Source of the DNA: an uncultured delta proteobacterium
GTDB taxonomy: Bacteria; Desulfobacterota; Binatia; UBA9968
Direction of reading: 5' to 3'
Length of the DNA: 64,000 bases
NCBI GenBank assembly: GCA_963816145.1
Contig: CAWFJP010000031.1
Location: 416,001-480,000 of the forward strand
The first letter of the stretch is position 1. Each line of letters starts with the position of its first letter. Shown here piece by piece: positions 9,259-19,143 of this stretch. A program made the translations under genes and the position numbers. The notes under the pieces are model-generated. The model saw only the letters and a list, made by a program, of their open reading frames with translations. It had not been told where the DNA came from and did no database searches.

Positions 9259-10506
9259 TCATTTCTCCAGCCCCGGGTTTTGCATGAACACCGATGGCGC
9301 GAGCTTTTGCTTGGTTTCGGGATGGCGCATGGTGCGTTTCAGGACAAAATCGAACAGCAACGGGTTGAAGTCGTAGATTTCGTTGAGCGCGCTGCGTTCC
9401 TCGCTGGTGATGAAGCCATCGCTGACCAATGACCTTGTCCGGATCAACGCGTTGATTGCCGGCAGCGGATAGTCGCTGCCGTTGACCAGTCGCGGGTGCA
9501 GGTCTTGGCGTTTGAGCAGCGTCGAGAAAGGCACCGGCATGCGGTTGAATTGCAGCATCGCCGAGACCTCGCCGAAGACCAGGCCGCGATACTTCGCATC
9601 ATCCATTAGACGCAGGAATAGATCGAAACAGCTGGCTTTCTTGCCGCCGCCATCGTCGAGGTCTTTGCAGCTGCCGAGGCTGGCGGCGTGGGCGACGATC
9701 ACGCGGATGCCCATGTCGAGCGGTTTGCGCAAACGGAGCGGGTTGCCGAGTTCTTGATCTTCCTCCGCTGCCACCGCCTGTTCTTCGCCGCTGTGCGACA
9801 GCAAAATCATATTGTGATCTTTCATCTTTCGGTAAAACGGCTCGATGGCGCGATCCGCCGGGTCCATGCCCATGGCGTTGGGCAGCCATTTGACATATTT
9901 CACTCCGGCTTTAGCCCACTTGTCGAGTTCTTCGACGGCATCGCGGCGATACGGGTGGAGCGAAATCACTGGCAAGAAAATATCGCGATACTGGCGCGCC
10001 AGCTCGACGATATAATCGTTCGGCACATACATGTATGTTTTGGATAAGTCCACCGTGCCGTCGGGCTGGTAGTGCTTGTCGAAAGCGAGGATGCGGTATT
10101 TGCCGTGGCGTTTATTCCCTCGCGCCAGACGGACCAGCCGGTTCACGTATTCTTGATCGGCGTTGTCGTTATTTTTGACAGCCGCGGCGCTGTTATAGAT
10201 GAGAAACTTGAGGCGCTCGAGATTGATGCCCTCGCGCATCTTGGGATTCACGAAGGCGTCATTGACGCTGGTGCCAATAGCGAGCACATGGGTGTGGAAA
10301 TCGATGAGCCGGGCCGGGTCGATATCTTCGAAAGCATGGTCGATGAGTTGTTTGGTTGTTATCGCGGCTTTTTGGTCGAGCTCCTCCGGCTGCTGCGTGA
10401 ACGCGCCGCCGATTTGATCGATGAGACAGCCGGAAAATAACAGGAACGCTGATAGAGCTATCCATTGGCGCCAAGGGTAGGTTAAGCAGAGCCAGAGGTT
10501 TTTCAT
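9259..10506 (-). CDS. Amidohydrolase family protein, probable lipoprotein
   Basis: DFHTH, HPYR, AHAAS, NGSDYP; LFSGC lipobox-like. Confidence 0.8.
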   Translation of the reverse strand: MKNLWLCLTYPWRQWIALSAFLLFSGCLIDQIGGAFTQQPEELDQKAAITTKQLIDHAFEDIDPARLIDFHTHVLAIGTSVNDAFVNPKMREGINLERLKFLIYNSAAAVKNNDNADQEYVNRLVRLARGNKRHGKYRILAFDKHYQPDGTVDLSKTYMYVPNDYIVELARQYRDIFLPVISLHPYRRDAVEELDKWAKAGVKYVKWLPNAMGMDPADRAIEPFYRKMKDHNMILLSHSGEEQAVAAEEDQELGNPLRLRKPLDMGIRVIVAHAASLGSCKDLDDGGGKKASCFDLFLRLMDDAKYRGLVFGEVSAMLQFNRMPVPFSTLLKRQDLHPRLVNGSDYPLPAINALIRTRSLVSDGFITSEERSALNEIYDFNPLLFDFVLKRTMRHPETKQKLAPSVFMQNPGLEK

Positions 10507-10721
10507 GGTTGGCATCAGTTTCCATACTCGGCCCAAGCTGTCAAACCGGCGAGAGCCCCTGGTAAGAAAAATGAACTGTCAGGAGCCTGCGCGGAACAAT
10601 TTTCGTCCGCGCGAATTGCCAGGATTTACGCTGGAATGCGTTAAACGATCAAGACAACCGCTGGTATGGAGATTGCGCTTCAACCTTATCATTCCTGGTC
10701 ATAACCGTCAGGAGAGTTCGC

Positions 10722-11099
10722 GTGGAGTTCGACCAGAGCCTTATCAGCAATACCCTTGAGCACCGCGGCTGCGGCATCCGCGCCGCGTCCTATGAGGTCG
10801 AGCCAACACGCTGGCTCCCCGAAGCTTGCGTGTGGGTGCGCATGGAGACCGGCGCGCGCAAAATTTGGGTTCACAGCTTTGCGCATTGCTTCGCCGCGGA
10901 GCAGTTGACGTTCGCCAACAAGCTCGACGCCGACAACTGGGCGCTGGTGGCCGCGAAGTCGATTATCGATCGCACTTTCGAGCAGATAGATACATACAGC
11001 CCAACTCAAACCGGAAGGCGGGTTACTTTTCTGTCTCGCCTCTGGAGCGTGACCCGCCGTTCGCTCTCCGGGCGAAATCGCTCGACGCTAAATCGCTAA
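10722..11099 (+). CDS. Hypothetical protein
   Basis: 125-aa ORF, GTG start after AGGAG. Confidence 0.5.
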   Translation: MEFDQSLISNTLEHRGCGIRAASYEVEPTRWLPEACVWVRMETGARKIWVHSFAHCFAAEQLTFANKLDADNWALVAAKSIIDRTFEQIDTYSPTQTGRRVTFLSRLWSVTRRSLSGRNRSTLNR

Positions 11100-11406
11100 G
11101 TTTTCTGCCTGCGCGGCGCTGAGGGTTTCGTCGTAACTCAGTTAGGGTACGATAGCGCGAACTCGGATGGGCAACCACAGGGGGTGCCCCAACAATATTG
11201 TGTTCACTGCGTTCTTTGCGGCAAACTCTCCGACTCCGAATCTTCTGTCTATCTAATCCTTGTGCCCTTTGTGGTTAAGACTCTGATTTCTTCATGGGTT
11301 GTGGCATCGCCCCGCTGGTAGATGATCGTCTTGACTTGACAGACCGGCGCACCATTTGTATTGAACAAGCTCCGGCGCAACGCTTGGTCGGCAAGGGAGG
11401 AGAGCT

Positions 11407-12396
11407 ATGGATCTGCAAGAACTCAGTCAATGGATGAAGGAACGAAATCTCAAAGGCCACTGGGAGCACTCGGAATGGTCGCAGACGGTGAAACCCTGTC
11501 TGTGGAACGGCGACGAGATCATGAAGGCGCTCAATTGGTCCGGCGAGCTGATCACGACGGGAGAAGCGGGGCGACGGACGATCCAGATGCGCAATCCCGG
11601 GCTATCCGCCGGCATGACCAACACCGTGCATATCTCGGTGCAGCTGGTGAAGCCCGGCGAGATCGCATCAGCGCACCGTCATACCGCGGCGGCGATCCGC
11701 TTCGTCGTCAAAGGCACGCCGAACGCCTACACCGTCGTCGAGGGCGAGCGTTTCCCGATGTTCGAAGGGGACTTCATCACCACGCCCAATTGGACTTGGC
11801 ACGATCACTTCAACAACTCTACCGAGCCGGTGATGTGGCTCGACGGATTGGATGTTCGTCTGGTGACCCATTTCGGCGCGATGATCCAGGAGAATTTCAA
11901 AAAAGATCAGCAGCCGGTGGAGAAACCTGACAACATGTCGTCGAAGGTGTTTTCCCATACCCGGCCGAGCTGGATGAAAAATAGTTTCGAAGCACCGCCG
12001 TACCGTTATCCCTGGGAAGAAACCAACACGGCGCTGCAAGCTCTCAAAGAGAGCGCCGGCGATCCCTACGATGGCGTTTTGTTGGAATACACCAATCCGG
12101 TCGACGGCGGCCATACACTGCCGACCTGTTCGTGCTCGATTCAACTCTTGCGGCCCAAGGAAAAAACCAAGTCGCACCGCCACACCAGCACGACGGTCTA
12201 TTATGCTTTCCGCGGTCAAGGCATGGCCAAAGTGTCGGCCAACGAATTCCATTGGAAACAGGGTGACATTTTTGTTGTGCCATCGTGGATGTGGCATTCG
12301 CATGAGAACACCATGAGCGAGGACGCGATCCTGTTCTCGATCAGCGACCGGCCGTCGACCGAAGCGTTGGCGTTGTATCGGGAAGAAGGGGAGTGA
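11407..12396 (+). CDS. Bicupin, gentisate 1,2-dioxygenase-like
   Basis: HRHTAAAIRF, PNWTWHDH, WLDGLD, second HRHT..WMWHSH. Confidence 0.88.
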   Translation: MDLQELSQWMKERNLKGHWEHSEWSQTVKPCLWNGDEIMKALNWSGELITTGEAGRRTIQMRNPGLSAGMTNTVHISVQLVKPGEIASAHRHTAAAIRFVVKGTPNAYTVVEGERFPMFEGDFITTPNWTWHDHFNNSTEPVMWLDGLDVRLVTHFGAMIQENFKKDQQPVEKPDNMSSKVFSHTRPSWMKNSFEAPPYRYPWEETNTALQALKESAGDPYDGVLLEYTNPVDGGHTLPTCSCSIQLLRPKEKTKSHRHTSTTVYYAFRGQGMAKVSANEFHWKQGDIFVVPSWMWHSHENTMSEDAILFSISDRPSTEALALYREEGE

Positions 12397-12496
12397 AAAC
12401 AACCTGCGAGTGAGTCACCCTACGCCATAGACCAAGCCGCACAATCCGAATTGTCACGCCTCTACCGCTAATCTTCCACGGTTGCCAATGGACGCT

Positions 12497-12528
12497 AAAG
12501 GGATGCAGGCAAACTGCATCCCTTTTTT
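12497..12528 (+). terminator. Rho-independent terminator
   Basis: gggatgcag-gcaaa-ctgcatccc followed by T6. Confidence 0.75.
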
Positions 12529-12676
12529 ATTGCAATAGAATCGCGGCCTTGCCCGGTGGAGCACCATGGTTAGACCGATTCATGGCTGCCGTGTAAACAT
12601 TTCCTTCCATCGGCGTCTAACTAAGCAAGAGGAGTAGAGGCGGATGGCAGTAACAACTGACAAAAGGAGATTGACG

Positions 12677-12974
12677 ATGAGCCGTATGAAGGCCCTGGTA
12701 TTTGGCACGCTGTTTACGAGCGTTGATGGCCTCATCCGGGTGTGTGGTGGCTGATAGAGCCTGGTATCATGACGGCGGCGACTATGCGCGCTTGGAAGCT
12801 GCCAGAGCGAGGCTCGCTTATGATCTGCGCCGTAACGGTAGCACATATCGTATAACTCGCGACCGGGCGGAAATTCAGGCGATCTTGGATGAGATGGAAC
12901 GTGACCGGCACTATTCATGGAATAGCAATCGCGGCTGGGATCGCGACAGGTGGGACCGCCAGGACCGCGATTAA
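12677..12974 (+). CDS. Small lipoprotein (frameshift near 12715)
   Basis: RBS AAGGAG; MKALVFGTL joins ALMASSGC lipobox in another frame; R/D/W-rich tail. Confidence 0.5.
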
Positions 12975-13023
12975 CACTACCTGGGAACTCGCTTGGGCCG
13001 CCGAATTGCGAGTTTGATGGGCG

Positions 13024-13117
13024 AAGTGTTTGGCTGTTCGGCGATGCATCCAATGGCCCAAGTTTGGCGATGAATCATTGAATCTTATAACCCAGTTCTT
13101 TGGCGACTTCGCGCGCC
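13024..13117. repeat. Direct repeat copy 1 (94 bp): duplicated 3' end of SBP gene
   Basis: 90/94 identical to 21108..21201 by manual alignment. Confidence 0.95.
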
Positions 13118-13276
13118 GACCTGCTCACCGGCGTTAACTGGAGTGGAGAGGTCTCCGGCGCAACGGCGCACAACTACAACAATGATCTCCGCGTGACAAC
13201 AGAAAGCGTCAATGGCGCCAATACCGTGAACTTCGCCTATGATGCCGACGGCTTGCTCACAACCGCGGAAGTTTAG
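13118..13276 (+). pseudogene. RHS/YD-repeat protein fragment
   Basis: DLLTGVNWSGEVSGATAHNYNNDLRVTTESVNGANTVNFAYDADGLLTT; no start codon. Confidence 0.7.
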
Positions 13277-13341
13277 CCTTGACCCCCTAGCGGCTATTAT
13301 TCTCGTTTTGGTTTGTCTTGTTGTTGGTTTAATCCTTGGAA

Positions 13342-14103
13342 TTATTGGTTGAGATGCTGCAGTGCGTTCCGCAACGGGGCGTTGGAGAGTTTGATGAAGC
13401 CCTCCAAGGGTTTGCTCAGCTCGAGGACAAGGAAGATGGCTGCAGATATGGCGCAAGCGCCTACAAATAGGACCGTGAGCGAAGTCGCATTCGTCGGAGC
13501 GAACAAACCAAAGCTGACGAAGAGAAGTGTAAGCCAGAAAACCAGTATGACGAGAAGCGGGAGCGGGAGCTGGTTTTGCTCCTGCTCAATCAACATCCAG
13601 CGGGTTTGACTGAGATCGCCGACGATTTGTTGCGCCTGGGCGAGAGTCTGTCGCTGGACGTCCTTTTGCGGCGTTAGTTCACTCAGCTTGTCCTGAACGA
13701 GTTCCATGGCGTTGGCGCGCTCGAAGGCGGTCAGTGCGAGCACACCGGTTTTCTCCGTGGGCCAAACCGTTTCGACGCTAGCCGCGATGCTGCGCTTTAA
13801 TTGCTCGCGGGCGGCTTTTGTCTCCGGTCCGTAGCGGGCCAAGGCGCGGTCCAACAGGATGATTTTGGCGCTACCCTGCACAATCCCGTTATTCATGGTA
13901 TCGAAGGTGCTCTTGGCGGAGCTAACCAGCAGACCGAGCACCAGCGCAGTCAGCGTGGCGATCGTGCCAGCGCCCAGTTTCACGACATCCTGCGTTTCCT
14001 TACTAAGATGATGGCCGGGCAAGAGTCTTTGGAGACCGAGGCCGATCAGAGAGCCCGAAAAGATGCATCCAGCGCTCGCTAGAGCGATGACTGTGGAATT
14101 CAT
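13342..14103 (-). CDS. DUF4239 / bestrophin-like membrane protein
   Basis: IATLTALVLGLLVSSAK..FD, LFVSFGLFAP, LELSKPLEG. Confidence 0.75.
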   Translation of the reverse strand: MNSTVIALASAGCIFSGSLIGLGLQRLLPGHHLSKETQDVVKLGAGTIATLTALVLGLLVSSAKSTFDTMNNGIVQGSAKIILLDRALARYGPETKAAREQLKRSIAASVETVWPTEKTGVLALTAFERANAMELVQDKLSELTPQKDVQRQTLAQAQQIVGDLSQTRWMLIEQEQNQLPLPLLVILVFWLTLLFVSFGLFAPTNATSLTVLFVGACAISAAIFLVLELSKPLEGFIKLSNAPLRNALQHLNQ

Positions 14104-14131
14104 TCTTTAGTTTTTAACATGTTCGTATGGC

Positions 14132-14695
14132 TCAGACTTCTGTGCCATGCAAGCTGCTCGCAACCGGCGTCCTTCGCTTCCAGAAAAGCCCTCGAAGTTT
14201 TTCCGGGCCCATCACCCGTTCCAATTCCTTGAACGAGAAGAAGGGAATGAAGGCCACAAGAATCACGACGCATCGCGAGAGCAATTCGTACCAGCCCCTG
14301 CTCGATATCTCGTCAATGCCGCCCATCAGTCCGTTCCCATGGAACAATCCCTTGACCGTCGCCTCTAACACGTTAAAAATCGCCACCCATATACTGAACA
14401 TCACTGTCCGGTAAAGCGCTGGCAGGATCAGCGGCTTTTGCTCAAGGCCGTGACTCACGCGAAACAAGTCTCCTATCATGATCACTTTGGCCAAGACCGC
14501 CGCTTCGATCAGCGGGACCCAGTAATCCGTGTACTGGACTTGATACTCAGCCAGGATCAACCGGCGATACCACATAAACGCGACCAGGAAAAATGCCAGA
14601 TAGCCGAAATTGATCCAATACTCAATTAGTTCGTGGACGACCTTCTTCTTCCAACCCGCGTGTGCCGTTTGCATTTCATTCATCGCTGCACTCAT
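14132..14695 (-). CDS. Hypothetical membrane protein
   Basis: Several TM segments, AAVLAKVI, FIPFFSFKEL. Confidence 0.7.
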   Translation of the reverse strand: MSAAMNEMQTAHAGWKKKVVHELIEYWINFGYLAFFLVAFMWYRRLILAEYQVQYTDYWVPLIEAAVLAKVIMIGDLFRVSHGLEQKPLILPALYRTVMFSIWVAIFNVLEATVKGLFHGNGLMGGIDEISSRGWYELLSRCVVILVAFIPFFSFKELERVMGPEKLRGLFWKRRTPVASSLHGTEV

Positions 14696-14708
14696 CGTCG
14701 TTCGACGG

Positions 14709-15023
14709 TCATGAGACCGCGACTTGGATTTTGCCATCCACGACCTTGACCGGATAACACCCGAGGCTCATGCCTGGCGCGAGCGGCATATTACCCGTCG
14801 TCACATCGTATTTCCAACCATGCAGGCGACAGGTAACCACCTTGCCTTCCAGTTTGCCGCCCCAACCGAGCGAACCGCCGGCGTGCAGCCATTTGTCGTC
14901 CGTCGCGTACACGGTGCCGTCGGCGTTGAAGAGAGCCAATTGCTTTCCCGCGACGATGACGGTTGTACGGGTTTTCGGCGGGATTCTTTCCTGCGGAGCG
15001 ACTTCGATGAATTCAGCCATCAT
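14709..15023 (-). CDS. Rieske-type ferredoxin (first Cys replaced by Trp)
   Basis: DDKWLHAG..VTCRLHGWKYDVTTG. Confidence 0.8.
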   Translation of the reverse strand: MMAEFIEVAPQERIPPKTRTTVIVAGKQLALFNADGTVYATDDKWLHAGGSLGWGGKLEGKVVTCRLHGWKYDVTTGNMPLAPGMSLGCYPVKVVDGKIQVAVS

Positions 15024-15746
15024 CTATTTCCTCACCAGTTCCTCGGCCAAAATTGGCACGGCTAAATTGCACGCCTGCACGCCTTGCGCGACACACAGCT
15101 TCAATACTTCCATGATCTCTTCCATCGTCGCTCCGGCCTGCAGAGCGTTGTGAATGTGCCGGCGCGTGCCGGGCGCGTACATGTGCGTGTACGATGCGTC
15201 AAACGCAATACTCAGAAGCTCGGTTTCCTTAGCGGGCATCACCCCGCTGCCGTAAATTCCCGCCCCGGTCGCCATAAATTGATCCGTCCAAACCGGATCG
15301 AGTTGATAAAACGGGTCCCACGCCGAGTTCCATTGGCCGATCGCTTTCATCTTGTCGCAGGCGGGAGTCGACACCGCAGGTTTGGAGGCCGGCTGATTCC
15401 CTGCGGCTTTCGCTTCCTCGAGCAGAATCGGCGCGCCGAGGCTGCACGAATGAATGGACATGACCGAGGCGCACTTGACGACGAAGAGAATCTCCTCACG
15501 TGTGGCACCGGCATCGAGTGCGGCGCGTATATGGCGGCGGGTGCCGTCGGGGTTGAGGTTCGTGCACGCGGCGTTCAACCCGACACTGACCAGTTCGATG
15601 AATTTACGCGATAAAACTCCGTTGGTCCACGGGTTCGTAGACATCTGCACGCACGCTTCGGCCCATTTCGCATCCCATTCCCGCAGTTTGTCCAAGACTG
15701 GATCCCACGGACCCATTGTTGTCGCACTACCGTCATTAGCAGCCAT
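15024..15746 (-). CDS. Tandem carboxymuconolactone decarboxylase (CMD) family protein
   Basis: Two GTRRHI..AL.AGAT.EEI repeats. Confidence 0.85.
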   Translation of the reverse strand: MAANDGSATTMGPWDPVLDKLREWDAKWAEACVQMSTNPWTNGVLSRKFIELVSVGLNAACTNLNPDGTRRHIRAALDAGATREEILFVVKCASVMSIHSCSLGAPILLEEAKAAGNQPASKPAVSTPACDKMKAIGQWNSAWDPFYQLDPVWTDQFMATGAGIYGSGVMPAKETELLSIAFDASYTHMYAPGTRRHIHNALQAGATMEEIMEVLKLCVAQGVQACNLAVPILAEELVRK

Positions 15747-15857
15747 TTTTTCCTGCCTTTCGAATTCTCGGCCATCCAACTCTGATTTCAACGCCGAGAG
15801 CCCAACCCCTTTGAAACTGTGTCGCAATTGTCCTAGTGATCAGTAGGCGCGAAAGAT

Positions 15858-15933
15858 ATCCCCCTGCGATCCCCCTTTTTCAAAGGGGGAAACTCCGATC
15901 CCCCTCTTTGTCAAAGAGGGGTTAGGGGAGATT
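15858..15933. repeat. REP-like CCCCCTTT-AAAGGGGG palindrome pair
   Basis: Same family as 62703..62790. Confidence 0.75.
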
Positions 15934-16022
15934 TTCTTGGTTGCGCCCCTACCACCACATTGCGGCACAGTTTCTGTCGGGGCCGGACTCTCATCACTTG
16001 TAATGCCAGAGCGAAAGGCTCT

Positions 16023-17138
16023 TTACAGGATGCTGGTCGGACTTGCCTTCGCGGCGTCTTCGGCCTTCGGCAGCCGGCCATCGGTGTCATGGACCAAAAA
16101 TCCCTTCTGGCCTTCAGCGCGATTCGGCGGAAGGCCGAGGTTGCTCAATGTTTCCTCCACGCTGTCGTACCAGACGCCTACCTTCATGATCTGGCGCGCT
16201 TCGTCCGCCGTGGCTACCTTGCGGCCGAACTGCTCGCTCTGTTTCACCGCCCACTCGACCTGCTTCACCGTCGGCCAGCGCTTCTTGTTCATGTCCCAGA
16301 TGTTATCCTCGTTGCCGACGCGCACGTGGGCGCCGAGAATCGTGCTCAGGGTTTGGATCGCGATGTTGCCGCGCATGCTGCTCCAGAACGTCACGCTCGA
16401 CGCTCCGTGCGGCGTGCGGCGCAGCATCTCCATCCAGTCAAACGGATTGCGGCCCATCGAACCACCGCCGTAACCGCACAGAGCTACGTTCAGCGGCCCC
16501 ATATATATGCCGCCGCGGACCAGCCGTTCGATGATCTCGAGCTGATGGACGTGGCCAGGCACAAAGTAGGGTTGGATGCCGTTCTTGCGCAGCCGCTTGA
16601 GGTGCTCCTCGTAGAACGCCGGCGTCGAATCCACGACCATGCCTCTCCAGGCTGCCAGAACCTTAGGGTTATCGAGATGCGTCCCCTTGATGTCCTCGGC
16701 GGTCATCGCCATCGTAACGTCCCAGAGCGTCGTGCCGGTCGTCACCGTGACGAATTCCGGCTTCGGGTCCAGCTCCGTCAGCATGTGGCGGGTGTCATAG
16801 TCGAGCCATTTGGCCTTGGCATCTTCGGTGTGCGGTGCGAACGAGATCGAGCCGCCTACCTGGATGATCATCTTCGGCACCGCCTGCCGGACGCGCGCGA
16901 GGAGTTCCTTGTACTGATCGAAGTTGCTGGAGCCCTGGCCGGTCTTGGGATCGCGAACGTGGAAGTGCAGCATCGTGGCGCCGGCGTTGTAGCAGTCGAC
17001 CGCCGCCTGCACCTGCTGGTCGAACGTGACAGGAAGCTCCTCGACATCGCCGGGGAGCCATTCAGGCCCGTAGGGCGCCGCCGTGATGATCGTGGGCTGC
17101 ATATTCTCGGGAAATAGCGAGTCTTCGGTAAAATACAT
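16023..17138 (-). CDS. 3-keto-5-aminohexanoate cleavage (BKACE, DUF849) family protein
   Basis: AVDCYNAGATMLHFHVRD, HVRVGNED, ATADEARQ. Confidence 0.88.
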   Translation of the reverse strand: MYFTEDSLFPENMQPTIITAAPYGPEWLPGDVEELPVTFDQQVQAAVDCYNAGATMLHFHVRDPKTGQGSSNFDQYKELLARVRQAVPKMIIQVGGSISFAPHTEDAKAKWLDYDTRHMLTELDPKPEFVTVTTGTTLWDVTMAMTAEDIKGTHLDNPKVLAAWRGMVVDSTPAFYEEHLKRLRKNGIQPYFVPGHVHQLEIIERLVRGGIYMGPLNVALCGYGGGSMGRNPFDWMEMLRRTPHGASSVTFWSSMRGNIAIQTLSTILGAHVRVGNEDNIWDMNKKRWPTVKQVEWAVKQSEQFGRKVATADEARQIMKVGVWYDSVEETLSNLGLPPNRAEGQKGFLVHDTDGRLPKAEDAAKASPTSIL

Positions 17139-17266
17139 TTCGTTCTCCTTCGTTAGTTATTTCAGAACACTGGCAAACCCAATGCTCCAAAGGTTGATAT
17201 TCGACAGCGTTGCCCATTGATGTCATTTGTCTAATGCCTTGCTTCGCTACCTCCTTCCTCCGGTGC

Positions 17267-17644
17267 TCAATCCAAGTTCACGGCTTTGCGGATAGCTTCG
17301 AGCACAACTTCGCCAGGATCGTTTTTTCGCAAGTAAGCGCTACAGCAAGTTTGCCGTGCTTGCTCACGGATTTCCGGATCGTCGTGGGAGGTTATAAAAA
17401 TTATCGGGATGGTGGAGCCGGAACTAGCAAGTCTGTTCTGTAGCTCGAATCCGGATATTCCGCCCAATTGAATATCCAACAAGATGCAGTGCGGCGCTCG
17501 ACGTTCCTGATCTTCAAGAAAAGCTTCCGCAGAGGGATATGTGATCGGCCTAAAGCCGGCCGCGCGAAGTAGGCGATCCATCGCTTGGCACAAGCTCGCG
17601 TCATCATCGATAATTGCAATCCTAATTGTTTCTGTACTGCTCAT
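17267..17644 (-). CDS. Single-domain response regulator
   Basis: IIDDD, LLDIQLGGISG, IFITSH. Confidence 0.88.
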   Translation of the reverse strand: MSSTETIRIAIIDDDASLCQAMDRLLRAAGFRPITYPSAEAFLEDQERRAPHCILLDIQLGGISGFELQNRLASSGSTIPIIFITSHDDPEIREQARQTCCSAYLRKNDPGEVVLEAIRKAVNLD

Positions 17645-17826
17645 CGCAATTCAGTTCGCGTAAAAAACCAACGCGAATGAACGCAAATTAGCAGCGACTC
17701 AAATCGTCTGTCTATTTCCCTTTGGGGAAGTATCCGGAGGACAGGGGTCGAGGTTTGGGGATCGCGTCAGGACTGATCAGTAGTCAGTGAGTTGAAAGGG
17801 ATCGAGGGAGGAGGGATTGAACATCG

Positions 17827-17908
17827 AGGTTTCAGGTGTCGGGTTTCAGGATCGGCGGATGCGAACCTGCTGTGGCTCTCCGAAACTGAAACCTGAACAC
17901 TGAAACCT
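17827..17908. repeat. Gene-less inverted heptamer-arm element (GGTTTCA family)
   Basis: aggtttcaggtgtcgggtttcagg ... ccgaaactgaaacctgaacactgaaacct. Confidence 0.8.
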
Positions 17909-17952
17909 GGTATCTTCCCTCAGTACCCTACACTCAACACTCGTAAAAAGAA

Positions 17953-18588
17953 TTACAGCACTAGCTGACCGTCTTTGAACAGGCCGGCTTCTTGAACGAG
18001 TCGTGTCAGCTCGGCCACAGACTGAACACCGAGCTTGCTCATCATGCTGCCGCGGTGCACCTTGACCGTGCGGTCGGTAATACCCAGATCGTAAGCGGTT
18101 TGCTTATTCAGTTTTCCCTGTAAGACATACGCGAGCACCTCGCGCTCCCGCATTGTTAGCGTGTCAAAGCGTGCGCGCAGCTCGCTTTGACGCGCGCGAG
18201 CATGTCGTGCCTCGTCATCGCGCGCCAGCGCTCGTCTCACCGCGTCCAAAAGATTTTCTTTAGGTGCGCGTTTGGTGAGAAAGTCTTCGGCTCCATCTCT
18301 CATGGCGCGCACTGAAGTGGGAATATCGCCGTGGCCGGTGAGAAAGACCACCGGCATCGGATTGCTACTTTTGCTCAAGGCCGTTTGTAAATCGAGGCCG
18401 GAAACACCCGGCATTTTCAAATCCGCAATGACGCACCCCCGAGCCTCCGGTGTAAGAGATGCGAAAAATTCCGCCGCGGAAGCGAAAGTCTTCACGTCGA
18501 AGCTGGAAGCCTGGAGCAAACGCGATACTGCCTTGAGAAAAGAAGCGTCGTCATCCACTACATGAACAGCCGGAGAAGACGAGGACAT
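17953..18588 (-). CDS. FixJ/NodW-family response regulator (REC + LuxR HTH)
   Basis: VDDD, LTGHGDIP, LT.REREVL, TVKVHR. Confidence 0.92.
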   Translation of the reverse strand: MSSSSPAVHVVDDDASFLKAVSRLLQASSFDVKTFASAAEFFASLTPEARGCVIADLKMPGVSGLDLQTALSKSSNPMPVVFLTGHGDIPTSVRAMRDGAEDFLTKRAPKENLLDAVRRALARDDEARHARARQSELRARFDTLTMREREVLAYVLQGKLNKQTAYDLGITDRTVKVHRGSMMSKLGVQSVAELTRLVQEAGLFKDGQLVL

Positions 18589-18590
18589 AC

Positions 18591-18639
18591 GGGTTTCGGG
18601 TGTCGGGCTTTGGGTTTTGGGGTTCGGGTTTCAGGTGTC
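18591..18639. repeat. Left heptamer arm of four-helix-bundle cassette
   Basis: gggtttc gggtgtc gggcttt gggtttt ggggttc gggtttc aggtgtc. Confidence 0.85.
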
Positions 18640-19096
18640 AGCTCGGAGGCCAGCCGGCGTCGGTAAGCTCAGTGCTGTTACCGTAGGAGTTTGGACTTTC
18701 TTCCACGATCCACCGTCGCTCTCGCTCTGGTAGTTTTCGCTCAAGCGTTTTCTCCAAACCGTTCAGCATCCGGATGCATTCCTTGTACTTGGCGCGAAAC
18801 GACTGGTAAACGTCTGCAGTGATGTAAGCCTTTTCTTTCGCCATGAACAAGTGATGTATTGTCTCCGCGGCCTCACCTCGACTACGATTCACCCCCTCAA
18901 TCTTATTACGGACATGACGATCGTCGTTTTTCTCGGCAAGTTGCGCGGGCGAACTATTCGAAGAGCGGCGAATTTGCGATCCGATTTCGTATTTTTCCTC
19001 CGCCGGCCATGTGTGACTCAAATTACAGGCTTCAATATGTAGCCGACAAAGCTTCTGGTAAACTTGTAAATCCTCGACGTCCATATAACTGCTCAT
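18638..19096 (-). CDS. Four helix bundle protein (23S rRNA IVP / Avd-like family)
   Basis: EDLQVYQ, P.EEKYEIGSQIRRSSNS, SRGEAAET, RMLNGL. Confidence 0.88.
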   Translation of the reverse strand: MSSYMDVEDLQVYQKLCRLHIEACNLSHTWPAEEKYEIGSQIRRSSNSSPAQLAEKNDDRHVRNKIEGVNRSRGEAAETIHHLFMAKEKAYITADVYQSFRAKYKECIRMLNGLEKTLERKLPERERRWIVEESPNSYGNSTELTDAGWPPS

Positions 19097-19112
19097 GTTC
19101 GCCTCCCGCTGT

Positions 19113-19143
19113 CCTGAAACCCGAAACCCGACACCTGAAACCT
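19113..19143. repeat. Right heptamer arm of four-helix-bundle cassette
   Basis: cctgaaa cccgaaa cccgaca cctgaaa cct, inverse of the left arm. Confidence 0.85.

Noticed and set aside
12400-12528. Riboswitch or ncRNA before the terminator
   Set aside because: No recognisable aptamer consensus; only the terminator hairpin is supported.
15960-17117. Long antisense or alternative-frame ORFs (e.g. 15960..17117, 22992..24086, 30784..31905)
   Set aside because: Shadows of real genes, expected at high GC, with no family motifs.
18638-19096. Diversity-generating retroelement (Avd) or 23S rRNA intervening sequence
   Set aside because: No reverse transcriptase, TR/VR pair or rRNA sequence in the window.
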